Part shown: positions 36,818-45,850 of the stretch, one piece after another
How the letters are laid out: the number at the start of each line of letters is the position of its first letter
How positions within the stretch are numbered: the first letter of the stretch is position 1
From: Parcubacteria group bacterium Gr01-1014_8
Lineage (GTDB): Bacteria; Patescibacteriota; Minisyncoccia; Phycocordibacterales; UBA2100
Reading direction: 5' to 3'
DNA: 64,000 nt
Assembly: GCA_007376385.1 (NCBI GenBank)
Contig: VMGC01000004.1
Coordinates: 71,207-135,206 of the forward strand
Position numbers and translations under genes: made by a program
Notes under the pieces: generated by a model
The model's database searches: none
What the model saw: the letters and a program-made list of their open reading frames with translations, nothing else
Told to the model about the DNA's origin: nothing

Positions 36818-36849
36818 GTATACCCCAACATAATGCTGTTGGCAATATT
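36818..36849. repeat. degenerate half-copy of the GTATACCCC... MITE family in an unusually long (189-bp) rpsD-rpoA spacer
   Basis: GTATACCCCAACATAATGCTGTTG shares the left arm start and the CAACA..TGTTG interior hairpin with the unit at 30712-30817; no right arm. Confidence 0.5.
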
Positions 36850-36924
36850 TACGTCCGTGGATAAGTTATGTTCATAAAGCTCGTTGGCATATGTAAAGGT
36901 AGGAATATATTCAAGATATACATT

Positions 36925-37530
36925 CTACCTGCTGTAAAACTCGAACACCGAAGGATAATCGAGAGCAGACTCCGTTGGTGAGTATTGTGCCTCGCCGGTA
37001 ATCTCTCCTTTCATCAACGACACGTCAACAGAAAGCCATGCAGGTATAGGACGAGAAGCAGTCTCAGGGTTTCCAAGATGCGCGAAAAGTGCGCTTTTGC
37101 GCGAGCCCTCTCGAACGGCAAAAACATCGCCCTTTTTTAGTCTGTGCGATGGGACCATTGTGCGAATGCCGTTCACTGTAATGTGGCCATGAGAGACCAT
37201 TTGGCGGCCTGCACGGCGTGTCAGAGCAAAGCCGGCACGATATACAACGCTATCAAGGCGCTCTTCCAGAGCGCGATGCAATGCAAGAGATGGGTTCTCG
37301 TTCTCGTATGCTTTCTTTGCATAATTTGAAAGACTCTTTTCAGTTAATCCATATGTATAGCGCACTCGCTGTTTTTCTATAAGCTGTCTTCCGTAATCGG
37401 AACCTCCGCCTCTCTTCTGTTTCTTTACCGTGCGCGCTTCCGAGAGAGCGAATTTTTGTGTTTGGCATTGTTCGAACACCGCAGGTCCAAGGCGCTTTCC
37501 GATCTTGTATTTTGATCTTACAGGCAGCAT
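36925..37530 (-). CDS. rpsD: 30S ribosomal protein S4 (start at internal Met 37530)
   Basis: SDYGRQLIEKQRVRYTYGLTEKSLSNYAKKAY...S4 domain. Confidence 0.92.
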   Translation of the reverse strand: MLPVRSKYKIGKRLGPAVFEQCQTQKFALSEARTVKKQKRGGGSDYGRQLIEKQRVRYTYGLTEKSLSNYAKKAYENENPSLALHRALEERLDSVVYRAGFALTRRAGRQMVSHGHITVNGIRTMVPSHRLKKGDVFAVREGSRKSALFAHLGNPETASRPIPAWLSVDVSLMKGEITGEAQYSPTESALDYPSVFEFYSR

Positions 37531-37531
37531 A

Positions 37532-37966
37532 TTATATTCGTCTTGGTTTTGGCGCTCGCGGCCCGTTGTGAGGCACTGGTGTATCATCCGCTATTCTCGA
37601 TACTTCTATCCCCTTGCTTGCAAATGCCCGAAGGGCCGATTCCCGTCCTGCACCCACTCCGCGAATGACAACATCCACTTCTTTCACGCCTATCATACCT
37701 GCCTTCTCGCCGACAAGTTCTCCGACCTTTGCAGCGGCAAACGGCGTTCCCTTCTTTGCTCCTGAAAAGCCAAGCGCGCCTGAAGACGACCATGCAACGG
37801 TATTCCCCTCTTTGTCGGACAGAAGTACTTTCGTATTGTTGTAGGTAGCATGAATGTGCAACGTTCCCGCTGTCATGACGCGTTTGGCTGTGCGCGAAAG
37901 CGAGCGCGATTTTAGCCCCTGATCGACAGTACCGCCTGATTTTCGAATGATGCGTTTTTTTCCCAT
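37532..37966 (-). CDS. rpsK: 30S ribosomal protein S11
   Basis: GVAHIHATYNNTKVLLSD...PHNGPRAPKPRRI. Confidence 0.95.
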   Translation of the reverse strand: MGKKRIIRKSGGTVDQGLKSRSLSRTAKRVMTAGTLHIHATYNNTKVLLSDKEGNTVAWSSSGALGFSGAKKGTPFAAAKVGELVGEKAGMIGVKEVDVVIRGVGAGRESALRAFASKGIEVSRIADDTPVPHNGPRAPKPRRI

Positions 37967-37969
37967 ATG

Positions 37970-38350
37970 CTATGTTTTCTCCAACTTACGCCTTCCGGAT
38001 GTCATCGTCTTTCGTACGTTGCCCCGGATAGTTCGAGAGTTTGTTTTTGTGCGCTGGCCTCTGACCGGCAATTTTTTCGCATGACGATTACCTCGATGCG
38101 CCTTAATGTCCTTGAGACGCCTGATATTCGAAGATATCGAGCGGCGAAGCTCACCCTCGACTTGAAATTGCTCTATTGCTTCTCGAAGCGACGACTCCTC
38201 TGCGGCTGTCAGGTCCTTTGGGTGTTTGCCTGGATCAATGCCTAGTTTCCCCAGCGCGGCGAGAGCACGGGGCCGTCCGACGCCGTAAATAGCCGTAAGC
38301 GCTATCTCAAGGCGCTTTGTGTCTGGAATTGTTATACCTGCGATACGCAT
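37970..38350 (-). CDS. rpsM: 30S ribosomal protein S13
   Basis: MRIAGITIPDTKRLEIALTAIYGVG. Confidence 0.95.
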   Translation of the reverse strand: MRIAGITIPDTKRLEIALTAIYGVGRPRALAALGKLGIDPGKHPKDLTAAEESSLREAIEQFQVEGELRRSISSNIRRLKDIKAHRGNRHAKKLPVRGQRTKTNSRTIRGNVRKTMTSGRRKLEKT

Positions 38351-38366
38351 GAAATATTGGGAAAAA

Positions 38367-38480
38367 TTAACCTTGCCGTTGCTTATGCCGAGGATTTTTA
38401 CAAATGACGCACAACCTACCGCGTCTCCTGACGTGGCGACAGTGAATGCACATCTTTTTTAGAGACGATTTGACTCGCAT
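38367..38480 (-). CDS. rpmJ: 50S ribosomal protein L36 (37 aa; absent from the ORF track because it is too short)
   Basis: Hand translation of the minus strand gives [37 protein letters not shown] (C..C..C..H zinc ribbon) in the canonical infA-rpmJ-rpsM position. Confidence 0.85.
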   Translation of the reverse strand: MRVKSSLKKMCIHCRHVRRRGRLCVICKNPRHKQRQG

Positions 38481-38490
38481 GACTCTGGGA

Positions 38491-38697
38491 CTAACTCCTC
38501 CTTGTAATACGAGCTCGTCCGCCATAGGGGTCAAGTTGTAGTGTCACCCTATCTCCGACGAGCACTTTTATTCTGTGCAGACGCATCTTTCCGGCCAGGT
38601 ACGCAAGCGTAACCTCGCCATTTTCCAGCTTCACCCGAAAGAGGGCATTTGGGAGCGCCTCATCGACAACTCCTTCAGCCATCTCTGGTTCTGCCAT
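38491..38697 (-). CDS. infA: translation initiation factor IF-1
   Basis: [50 protein letters not shown]. Confidence 0.93.
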   Translation of the reverse strand: MAEPEMAEGVVDEALPNALFRVKLENGEVTLAYLAGKMRLHRIKVLVGDRVTLQLDPYGGRARITRRS

Positions 38698-38752
38698 ATG
38701 ATCCTGCGCGCAAAAGAGTATCAGTGTTTTAGCCCTAAGTCAACTAGACTAC

Positions 38753-40132
38753 TTAGGGGTTAGCCGGCTCGACCACGGTTATCTTGATATTGTTGGGATC
38801 GTTCGGGAAAGAATTCTTCCAGAACGGGGCGATGCTCGCTTCTGCCTTTTCCACCGATGAGAACGAGCCTATTATCGTCTCAAAAGCGCCCTGGTCCTTG
38901 CCAGCTAATGCCTGCGCGAGGGAGGAGGCATCCACATGCCATACCAATTGTGCACTGCCATTCAGGGTGAATGTGAGCGGATCTTTCCCGAGAACTTTCT
39001 CATCGCCCGCACGTTTCGCGCTCAAAACAATCTTGGGCTTCAGAGAAACCGCACTGTCGGACGCATCCGCACTCACGGCAGATGCTATTGAACGCGAAAA
39101 GGTTGATGCAGAAAATATTGGGATTATGACCGTCGCCCTCTCATTAACTTTCGCACTCCCCGCAGAGTCCGGCGTTGTCGGCAATGATTCAAAACGTACG
39201 CTTTCTAGATCCGGAAATGCGAACGCGTCAGCGGTGTTTCTTTCAGCCACAGTTACTTTGACCGCTTCCTGCAGTCGCGCGCGGATCTCGAAACGAGCCT
39301 TCTCTAAAGCCTCTTTGGAAACTGCCGGCTTTGTACCACTAAACCCTCCTTTGAAAGAATCTGTCGATCGGCCCCATACGCCTGCATACATATCAGCAGT
39401 TGACTTTAATCCCGGCAGGGTAAATTTATCCGCAGGCGCTATGTTATACGCTTCTCCCGGTTGGTCAGCGATGACCGTGATGCTGACTTGCCCCGGCGTC
39501 GAACCTTTTTTTCCAGGAATTTCGACTGACGCAGGTACGCGAAATATCATCCCTCCCGGAGATTGAAAACGCGTGTTCTTGATGAGCCGTACCGATGCCG
39601 TCGAGTAATCATTATAGACGGTGATAGTGCCAGTCGCCTTATCCTCCGCTTTTTCGCTTCCTGTTGCAGGCACCACGGCGGAATTCTCTAGGACTACGGT
39701 CTCAGTCTTATACGAAATAGTTCCGGTGGCGCTTGTGCCTTCTGGATACGCTGTGAATTGCGTTGAATCATCGAACGTCATCTGGTGTGTCCGTGGAGTT
39801 ACAGTCACCGTCGTATTCCCGAGGAAGAAGTACACCAAAGCCCCGACAAGAACAAGAACGGCCGCGACTGCGCCTATCCAAATGTATAAGCGCGAGCGCC
39901 GGCGGGGCGACTCCGCATAGCCTCCGAGAGTTGCTTGAGGTGCTGCCTCCGGTTTGATATCGCCGGCACCGATGCGCGCTGGCGCGGCAGTTATTGGAAC
40001 CCGGCGGACGGGAACCGCAATATTCCGTATTGAACGATCTCCCGGGGGATTGCTTGGCACAGGTGCAGGCGGTGTCTGCCCAGAGGAAGGCGGTTTTGGA
40101 GGCTGAATATCTGCAAAAAAATCTTTCGCCAT
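38753..40132 (-). CDS. hypothetical protein: Pro-rich cytoplasmic N-terminus, one TM helix, large extracytoplasmic domain
   Basis: ORF; TM segment LYIWIGAVAAVLVLVGALVYFFL; no known motif. Confidence 0.5.
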   Translation of the reverse strand: MAKDFFADIQPPKPPSSGQTPPAPVPSNPPGDRSIRNIAVPVRRVPITAAPARIGAGDIKPEAAPQATLGGYAESPRRRSRLYIWIGAVAAVLVLVGALVYFFLGNTTVTVTPRTHQMTFDDSTQFTAYPEGTSATGTISYKTETVVLENSAVVPATGSEKAEDKATGTITVYNDYSTASVRLIKNTRFQSPGGMIFRVPASVEIPGKKGSTPGQVSITVIADQPGEAYNIAPADKFTLPGLKSTADMYAGVWGRSTDSFKGGFSGTKPAVSKEALEKARFEIRARLQEAVKVTVAERNTADAFAFPDLESVRFESLPTTPDSAGSAKVNERATVIIPIFSASTFSRSIASAVSADASDSAVSLKPKIVLSAKRAGDEKVLGKDPLTFTLNGSAQLVWHVDASSLAQALAGKDQGAFETIIGSFSSVEKAEASIAPFWKNSFPNDPNNIKITVVEPANP

Positions 40133-40174
40133 ATGCCTGCTCAGTATATCACTTTTGACGTAGCACTCCTTGTA

Positions 40175-41362
40175 TTATGTGGATTGAGCATTCAGGTTCA
40201 GAAACGCTGATGCAATGCCGAGGCCTGTGTCCCCTTTTACTCCTGGATCCCACGTAACAGAGTTTGAAATATGTTCTGGCGTTATTGATTCAACCTTCAA
40301 AGGCTGCGTGGTCATTGTAAACGGTGAAAAATCGAGCCGCGAAAAGAAATGCTCGTACCACGGTGCAAAATCTTGTGCAACATGCAGAATGCACGAATTC
40401 GGCACGCGGCGAGGAGTTGCGAGCACGGAAAATGTCTCTCCAAATAGCTTAGTAAGTTCTGGTTCTGTTTTTGCAAGACCAGCTTTTAATTCGTCGCACG
40501 CCGCAGTGACACATGTATCGCTGAGGAGCATACGCATCAACGATACACTCTCTTCCGGAAGGCCCTTTTCACCAGCAACCCGGCGCGTCAACGTAGAAGT
40601 GCCTTCGGGCACACTCGCGTGTTCGGCTATCTCGTCTTTTCGAATTGCGATGCAATCAGTCGATTCACTGCCAACCGTTATCACAAAATACTGCCTCAGT
40701 GCTGAATGCTCGTGCAATACAGTTTGGAGCGCCCGCATATGGGAGCGGAAGTCTATCAACCTTCCAGGGAGATGTTTACCGAGTGCTCCTTCTATTCCCT
40801 GCTTCATCTGCGGCTCAATGTCACTCTGAAAGGCAGTAACGCCAACGCTTTTCGCTTTTTTCCCGAGCGGTTTTGCAGTTGGATATCCGTTGAGATATAC
40901 GCGTACCACGTTCGTCTCGAATAGCGAACTCACATTCAACTCACTGGGCTGCTCCAGCGCTTGCTTTGCCAAACCTTGGATGACGTCATTATTTATCGCT
41001 TGGACTCCTTCGAATATCTTTTCTGCATGCGCTGTGCGAGAACGAACCCATGGAGAACCGACGATGGCATGCACGGTCTTGGGGATGCCGAATGCTTTAA
41101 ATGTGTCTCCCTCTGCATATTTTTTGAGAACACGCTCTGAAGCCTCACCAAGGAGCGTCGGCAATCCGGCAAGGACTTGCTCCCTCGTACGCTGTTCAAG
41201 CGGCAATGACGCGCGTTCAGCAGATAGAACGCGCGCCGCGCTAGCCGAGTGCAGCACTACAACGGCTGCGGCTACAGAACCGCTTTCCACTTCACACACA
41301 AAGACTGGCTTCCCTTTTGATGCCCGCCCAAAGAACGACAGCATTAATGCCCAGAATAACAT
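40175..41362 (-). CDS. hypothetical protein, possibly actin-like ATPase (ASKHA) fold (FtsA/PilM-like)
   Basis: VFVCEVESGSVAAAVV and YFVITVGSESTDCIAI resemble ASKHA phosphate-1 / phosphate-2 loops; weak. Confidence 0.4.
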   Translation of the reverse strand: MLFWALMLSFFGRASKGKPVFVCEVESGSVAAAVVVLHSASAARVLSAERASLPLEQRTREQVLAGLPTLLGEASERVLKKYAEGDTFKAFGIPKTVHAIVGSPWVRSRTAHAEKIFEGVQAINNDVIQGLAKQALEQPSELNVSSLFETNVVRVYLNGYPTAKPLGKKAKSVGVTAFQSDIEPQMKQGIEGALGKHLPGRLIDFRSHMRALQTVLHEHSALRQYFVITVGSESTDCIAIRKDEIAEHASVPEGTSTLTRRVAGEKGLPEESVSLMRMLLSDTCVTAACDELKAGLAKTEPELTKLFGETFSVLATPRRVPNSCILHVAQDFAPWYEHFFSRLDFSPFTMTTQPLKVESITPEHISNSVTWDPGVKGDTGLGIASAFLNLNAQST

Positions 41363-41402
41363 ACGTTTTTCAAGATAACTTGAAAGTTATACAATTCACG
41401 CA

Positions 41403-41759
41403 ATGACAGATGACATTAAGAATGTGGGAAGGATAAAACCAGCTCCTCTGTTTTCACGCGCCGGATTGATATTCGACCCGACAAAGCTATCAATCACTTC
41501 GGAGACAGAAACCGCCATACTGTCGCTGTACGAGTGGAGGCTGCTAAACGCGCTTGTAGAGCAAGAAGGAAAAGCTGTCAGCTATGACGAATTGGGAATT
41601 GCGATGAGCGAGGACAGGCGACCCAGGTCCAAAAATCAACTTGCGAACCACGTCTTTGAGCAGCGCGAAAAACTCGCTCGTCTATCGCCTTTTCTGAATA
41701 TTCGAAACGTCGAAAATATTGGTTACGGTTTAAATTCCGGCTCGAATGACCGGACATGA
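41403..41759 (+). CDS. stand-alone OmpR/PhoB-type winged-helix DNA-binding protein (no receiver domain)
   Basis: SLYEWRLLNALVEQEGKAVSYDELGIAMS...NQLANHVFEQREKL...IRNVENIGYGL matches the trans_reg_C pattern. Confidence 0.55.
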   Translation: MTDDIKNVGRIKPAPLFSRAGLIFDPTKLSITSETETAILSLYEWRLLNALVEQEGKAVSYDELGIAMSEDRRPRSKNQLANHVFEQREKLARLSPFLNIRNVENIGYGLNSGSNDRT

Positions 41760-41763
41760 CCCT

Positions 41764-43677
41764 TTACTGAATTGTAGCCTTTATTCTTCGAACACCCGCT
41801 GCGACAGCTTCCTCCTTTTGGATCTTGAAACTTCCAACGATGTCGCCGGTGTTCTCGACATGGGGCCCGCCGCAGAATTCGAGTGAGAACGCCTGCTCAA
41901 ACTGAGGTTTCTCAAGCGTTGCATCCTTCGGACCGACTGAATACACCGATACCATATCCGGATACTTTGCGCCAAACTCGTGCTCTGCGCCCAACTGCTC
42001 TGCCCTATCTTTCGGGAGAATGCTTCTCGTCACTGGAAGCTGCTCACGGATTTTCTCATTCACTATGTTTTCCACTTCCGATATCTGTTCGGGAGTCATT
42101 TTCGCGGTATGCGAAAAATCGATACGAAGGCGCTCTTGCGTAATATTGCTGCCGCGTTGCTTTACGTGTCCGCCAAGAACCACCTGCAACGCCTTCAACA
42201 GCAGGTGGTGCGTCGTGTGCAGTCGCGTTGTCTTTTCCGAGTGATCGGCAAGACCACCCTTGAATTTCTGCTCGGAACTCGCTCGTGAAAGTTCCTGGTG
42301 CTTTTTCATGTACTCTCTGAAGCCCGCCTCATCTATCGCATGTCCTCTTTCTTTTGCTATCTCGAACGTCATCTCGAACGGGAAGCCGTACGAGGTGAAC
42401 AATACATATGCCTGTTCTCCCGTAATGTCCCCGGACACCATTCGTTCGAATTCACGCATCCCCTGTTCGAGCGTGTGCCAGAATTGTTTTTCTTCTTTCC
42501 AGATCTCGTCTTTTATATTGCTCCATTCCCGTTCATCGTTCAGTTCAGGATACGGTTCGGAATAATTTTCCGTGAACAACGTCGCGCATTTTACCAGCAT
42601 GCTCTCGTCCGATGCGCTCTCGGCAACCCCGAGTTTGTTGGCATGCTGAACGGCGCGGCGAATGAGACGGCGCAACACATATCCTCGTTCCGTATTTGAG
42701 GGTCTGATTCCATCGGCGAGCATGAATGTAGCCGCGCGTATATGGTCTGCGATAATGCGAAAAGAACGAATGTATCTTGCATCGGAATATGATTTCCCGG
42801 AGAAACGCTCTAAGAGCGAAATGACATTCTCAAATACATCCGTTTTAAAAACATCTGGGTCGTTATTGGATGCAGCCGCAATTCTCTCGAGCCCTCCGCC
42901 AAAATCGACATTTTGCTTCGGGAGCAGGCCGAACGTACCGTCTTTTTTCTTTATGTATTGCATAAACACCGAATTCCCTATCTCTAAAAAACGGCCGCAA
43001 TCGCAATTCGGATGGCACTCGTTGCCGAATTTTGTGTCGTGAGGTAGTCCGAAATCGTAAAAAACTTCTGAGTCTGGACCGCCGGGTTCACCGACAGGCA
43101 TATTTTCCGGCACCCCGGCACGAGACCACCAGTTCTTTTTCGCATCATAGAAAAAAATTCGTCCGCCTTGCATGCCCTTCTTGTAGCCTTCTTCTTCGGA
43201 GCCAACGAGGACATCCTTTGCGTCAATACCGACGGTTGAAAATATTTCTTTCCAAATGACGGCAGATTCAGTGTCCCTCGGCACATTATTTTTTTCATCC
43301 CCGATGAACACCGTGACGTAGAGCTTCTCCGGATCAAGTCCTATTTCTTTTGTAAGGAATTCAAAGAACCACGGCAGCTGTTCTTTTTTGAAATAGTCCC
43401 CGAGCGACCAATTGCCGAGCATCTCGAAGAACGTCGTGTGCCGGTTGTCCCCCACCTCCTCAATGTCCATGGCACGAAAACTTTTTTGAGAATTCACGAG
43501 CCGCTTCCCGGACGGATGATCTTTCCCGAGAAGATACGGAACGAGCGGCTGCATGCCGCTTCCGGTGAAAAGCGTCGTCGGATCGTTCTCCGGAACGACA
43601 GGAGCCGAAGGAATTACTACGTGTCCTTGCGCTTTAAAAAACGCCAAGTATTTCGAACGAATATCGTTGAGAGTCAT
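41764..43677 (-). CDS. alaS: alanyl-tRNA synthetase, short form (catalytic + editing domains, no C-Ala domain); start at internal Met 43677
   Basis: FFEMLGNWSLGDYFK, class II core, editing HTTHHLLLKALQ (HxxxH) and CGGPHV (CxxxH). Confidence 0.92.
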   Translation of the reverse strand: MTLNDIRSKYLAFFKAQGHVVIPSAPVVPENDPTTLFTGSGMQPLVPYLLGKDHPSGKRLVNSQKSFRAMDIEEVGDNRHTTFFEMLGNWSLGDYFKKEQLPWFFEFLTKEIGLDPEKLYVTVFIGDEKNNVPRDTESAVIWKEIFSTVGIDAKDVLVGSEEEGYKKGMQGGRIFFYDAKKNWWSRAGVPENMPVGEPGGPDSEVFYDFGLPHDTKFGNECHPNCDCGRFLEIGNSVFMQYIKKKDGTFGLLPKQNVDFGGGLERIAAASNNDPDVFKTDVFENVISLLERFSGKSYSDARYIRSFRIIADHIRAATFMLADGIRPSNTERGYVLRRLIRRAVQHANKLGVAESASDESMLVKCATLFTENYSEPYPELNDEREWSNIKDEIWKEEKQFWHTLEQGMREFERMVSGDITGEQAYVLFTSYGFPFEMTFEIAKERGHAIDEAGFREYMKKHQELSRASSEQKFKGGLADHSEKTTRLHTTHHLLLKALQVVLGGHVKQRGSNITQERLRIDFSHTAKMTPEQISEVENIVNEKIREQLPVTRSILPKDRAEQLGAEHEFGAKYPDMVSVYSVGPKDATLEKPQFEQAFSLEFCGGPHVENTGDIVGSFKIQKEEAVAAGVRRIKATIQ

Positions 43678-43987
43678 AAAAAGGTGTATGGCGTATAGGG
43701 TATAGCGTATTGCGGAAAAAACCAAATCATGCGACACGCAAAATAGCTCATCCCTCGTCCCAACAGCCAAAGCTCATTGTTTCGAGGGATGCTGGAGTGC
43801 CCGACCTTTCGGCCGTTTTTGTCTGTTCCGAAACATACCCCAGATCAGGTTCACTGCCAGAAATACTAGCAGTATCCCGAACCAGAAGTCGTAGGAACTG
43901 ACCGCGCTCCATACGCTTGTCAGCGTCATGCTGCGTCCACGCTACCACCTTTTTTGACTTTGCAACACGTGAAGGTACGATGCCCTG

Positions 43988-45259
43988 ATGCAATACAATG
44001 TACATACCCTCAAAAACGGCCTGCGCATCGTTCTCGTTCCGATGCCGGGCACTGAGACCGCGACTGTGATCGCAATGACCGGTACCGGCTCACGTTACGA
44101 GGATACACGCGAGAACGGCCTCGCACACTTCCTCGAGCACATGTTTTTCAAAGGAACTAAGGAACGGCCGAGTGCGCGCGCTATCAGTGAAGAGCTGGAT
44201 TCTGTAGGAAGCGTTTACAATGCCTTCACCTCCAAAGAACGCACTGCTTACTACGCGAAAGTCTCAAGCCGATACCTCGACACCGCGCTCGACGTCATCA
44301 GTGACATCTTTCTCAACTCAGCGCTTCCGAGCAAAGAAATAACGAAAGAGCGCGGCGCCATCATTCAGGAGATTGATATGTACGAAGACATGCCGATGCG
44401 CACGGTAGACAACGTGTTTGACGCGCTTATCTTCGGTGAAGAACACCCGCTCGGCCGCACTATTCTAGGACCGAAGGAAAATATCCGTGCTTTCACGCGC
44501 AAAGATTTCGCTGCATACCTCAAGCGCAACTACACGCCTCTGAACACCGTCGTGTGCGTTGCAGGCGCATTTTCTGGATCAAAAGTCCTTGCAACATTGG
44601 AAAAAGCCTTCGGTTCTCTCAAGCACGGCAATCCGCCTAATTACATTACGTTTACATCAGAGCAAAGCGCACCGCGCATTTCAATTAAGCACAAAAACAC
44701 AGACCAAACGCATGTCATGCTCGGCGTACCCGCCTATCCATATCTTCACAAGGATGAATTCGCGCTCGCTGTCCTTGCGACTATTCTTGGCGGGGGTATG
44801 TCCAGCCGGCTGTTTCTTGAAGTGCGCGAGAAGCGGGGCTTGGCCTATTCAGTGCGAGCAACAGTAGAGAATTACCCGGACACCGGGTATCTTGCGGTTC
44901 AGGCGGGCGTCGAACATGGAAAATTGGAAAAGACAGTCAAAACGATTCTTGCCGAATTTAAAAAGATCAAACGAGAAAAAGTATCTTCCACCGAACTCGA
45001 CAAGGCCAAAAACTACATCAAAGGCACAATGACACTGCATCTTGAAACAAGCGATGCGGTAGCTGAGCATGCGGCTTCGACAATGATTAACATCGGCAGA
45101 GTCCGGCCCCTTGATGAAATCCTAGCTGGTATCGACACTGTGCGAATTGATGATATCCAACGCGTCGCCAGCGACCTATTGCAGACGGACAAACTGAACC
45201 TCGCCGTCATCGGCCCACATACCAATGCAGAAGTATTGCAAACAGCGATGCGCCTTTGA
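43988..45259 (+). CDS. M16-family (insulinase-like) zinc peptidase
   Basis: HFLEHMFFKGT (HxxEH inverted zincin motif) and downstream Glu; two-domain M16 architecture. Confidence 0.85.
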   Translation: MQYNVHTLKNGLRIVLVPMPGTETATVIAMTGTGSRYEDTRENGLAHFLEHMFFKGTKERPSARAISEELDSVGSVYNAFTSKERTAYYAKVSSRYLDTALDVISDIFLNSALPSKEITKERGAIIQEIDMYEDMPMRTVDNVFDALIFGEEHPLGRTILGPKENIRAFTRKDFAAYLKRNYTPLNTVVCVAGAFSGSKVLATLEKAFGSLKHGNPPNYITFTSEQSAPRISIKHKNTDQTHVMLGVPAYPYLHKDEFALAVLATILGGGMSSRLFLEVREKRGLAYSVRATVENYPDTGYLAVQAGVEHGKLEKTVKTILAEFKKIKREKVSSTELDKAKNYIKGTMTLHLETSDAVAEHAASTMINIGRVRPLDEILAGIDTVRIDDIQRVASDLLQTDKLNLAVIGPHTNAEVLQTAMRL

Positions 45260-45850
45260 TCAAGCCGTTCGCAGGATTTGAAAATCTTTCTTGAGTGTCT
45301 CTTTTAGAGACTGATTGTAAATCGCTGCCGCTGGATGATAGAGCGGCACAACTTTGACAGTTCCGTACGACGCGGTTCCATCATACGACTTGCCGTGTGC
45401 GCGACTGATAGTTTCTATTTCCAGTGAAAGTCCGAGTCTCCTCATAATGTAGTCCATTGAAAACCTACCAAGAGTAGCAATGACTTTTGGCTGAATGACG
45501 TCTATCTGCCTGTCGAGAAACGGCGCATACAATTCAATTTCCGACGGAAGCGGGTCGCGATTTTCAGGGGGCCTGTCTTTGACAATGTTCGTGATGTATA
45601 CCTCTTTCCGAGGAACACCAATTGATTCCAAGAGAGAGTCTAGAATTTTGCCGGCAGCTCCGCAGAAAGGTCTCCCCGTCAGTGCCTCATTCTTCCCCGG
45701 CGCCTCGCCAATGAACATTATTTTCGAGTCGTGGCTGCCCTCTCCAAGAACGGCGTGGTTATTATTTTTCTTGCGATACTCAGCCAACCCGCCATCTATT
45801 GCGATGACTTCATCCCGTATCTGCTTCATCTTTTCGAATTTATCGCTCAT
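45260..45850 (-). CDS. family-4 uracil-DNA glycosylase
   Basis: MFIGEAPGKNEALTGRPFCGAAGKILD (GEAPG motif with Cys ligands of the 4Fe-4S cluster), C-terminal HPAAA. Confidence 0.85.
   Translation of the reverse strand: MSDKFEKMKQIRDEVIAIDGGLAEYRKKNNNHAVLGEGSHDSKIMFIGEAPGKNEALTGRPFCGAAGKILDSLLESIGVPRKEVYITNIVKDRPPENRDPLPSEIELYAPFLDRQIDVIQPKVIATLGRFSMDYIMRRLGLSLEIETISRAHGKSYDGTASYGTVKVVPLYHPAAAIYNQSLKETLKKDFQILRTA

Noticed and set aside
43799-43820. CCCGACCTTTCGGCCGTTTTT as a canonical intrinsic terminator
   Set aside because: Stem complementarity is imperfect (CGaCC/GGcCG); kept only as a weak element within the broader intergenic finding.
43710-44005. Two small overlapping ORFs (63 aa on +, 85 aa on -) in the alaS/M16-peptidase intergenic region
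   Set aside because: No SD, no homology, and they overlap each other and the peptidase start; the region is better explained as regulatory or ncRNA sequence.
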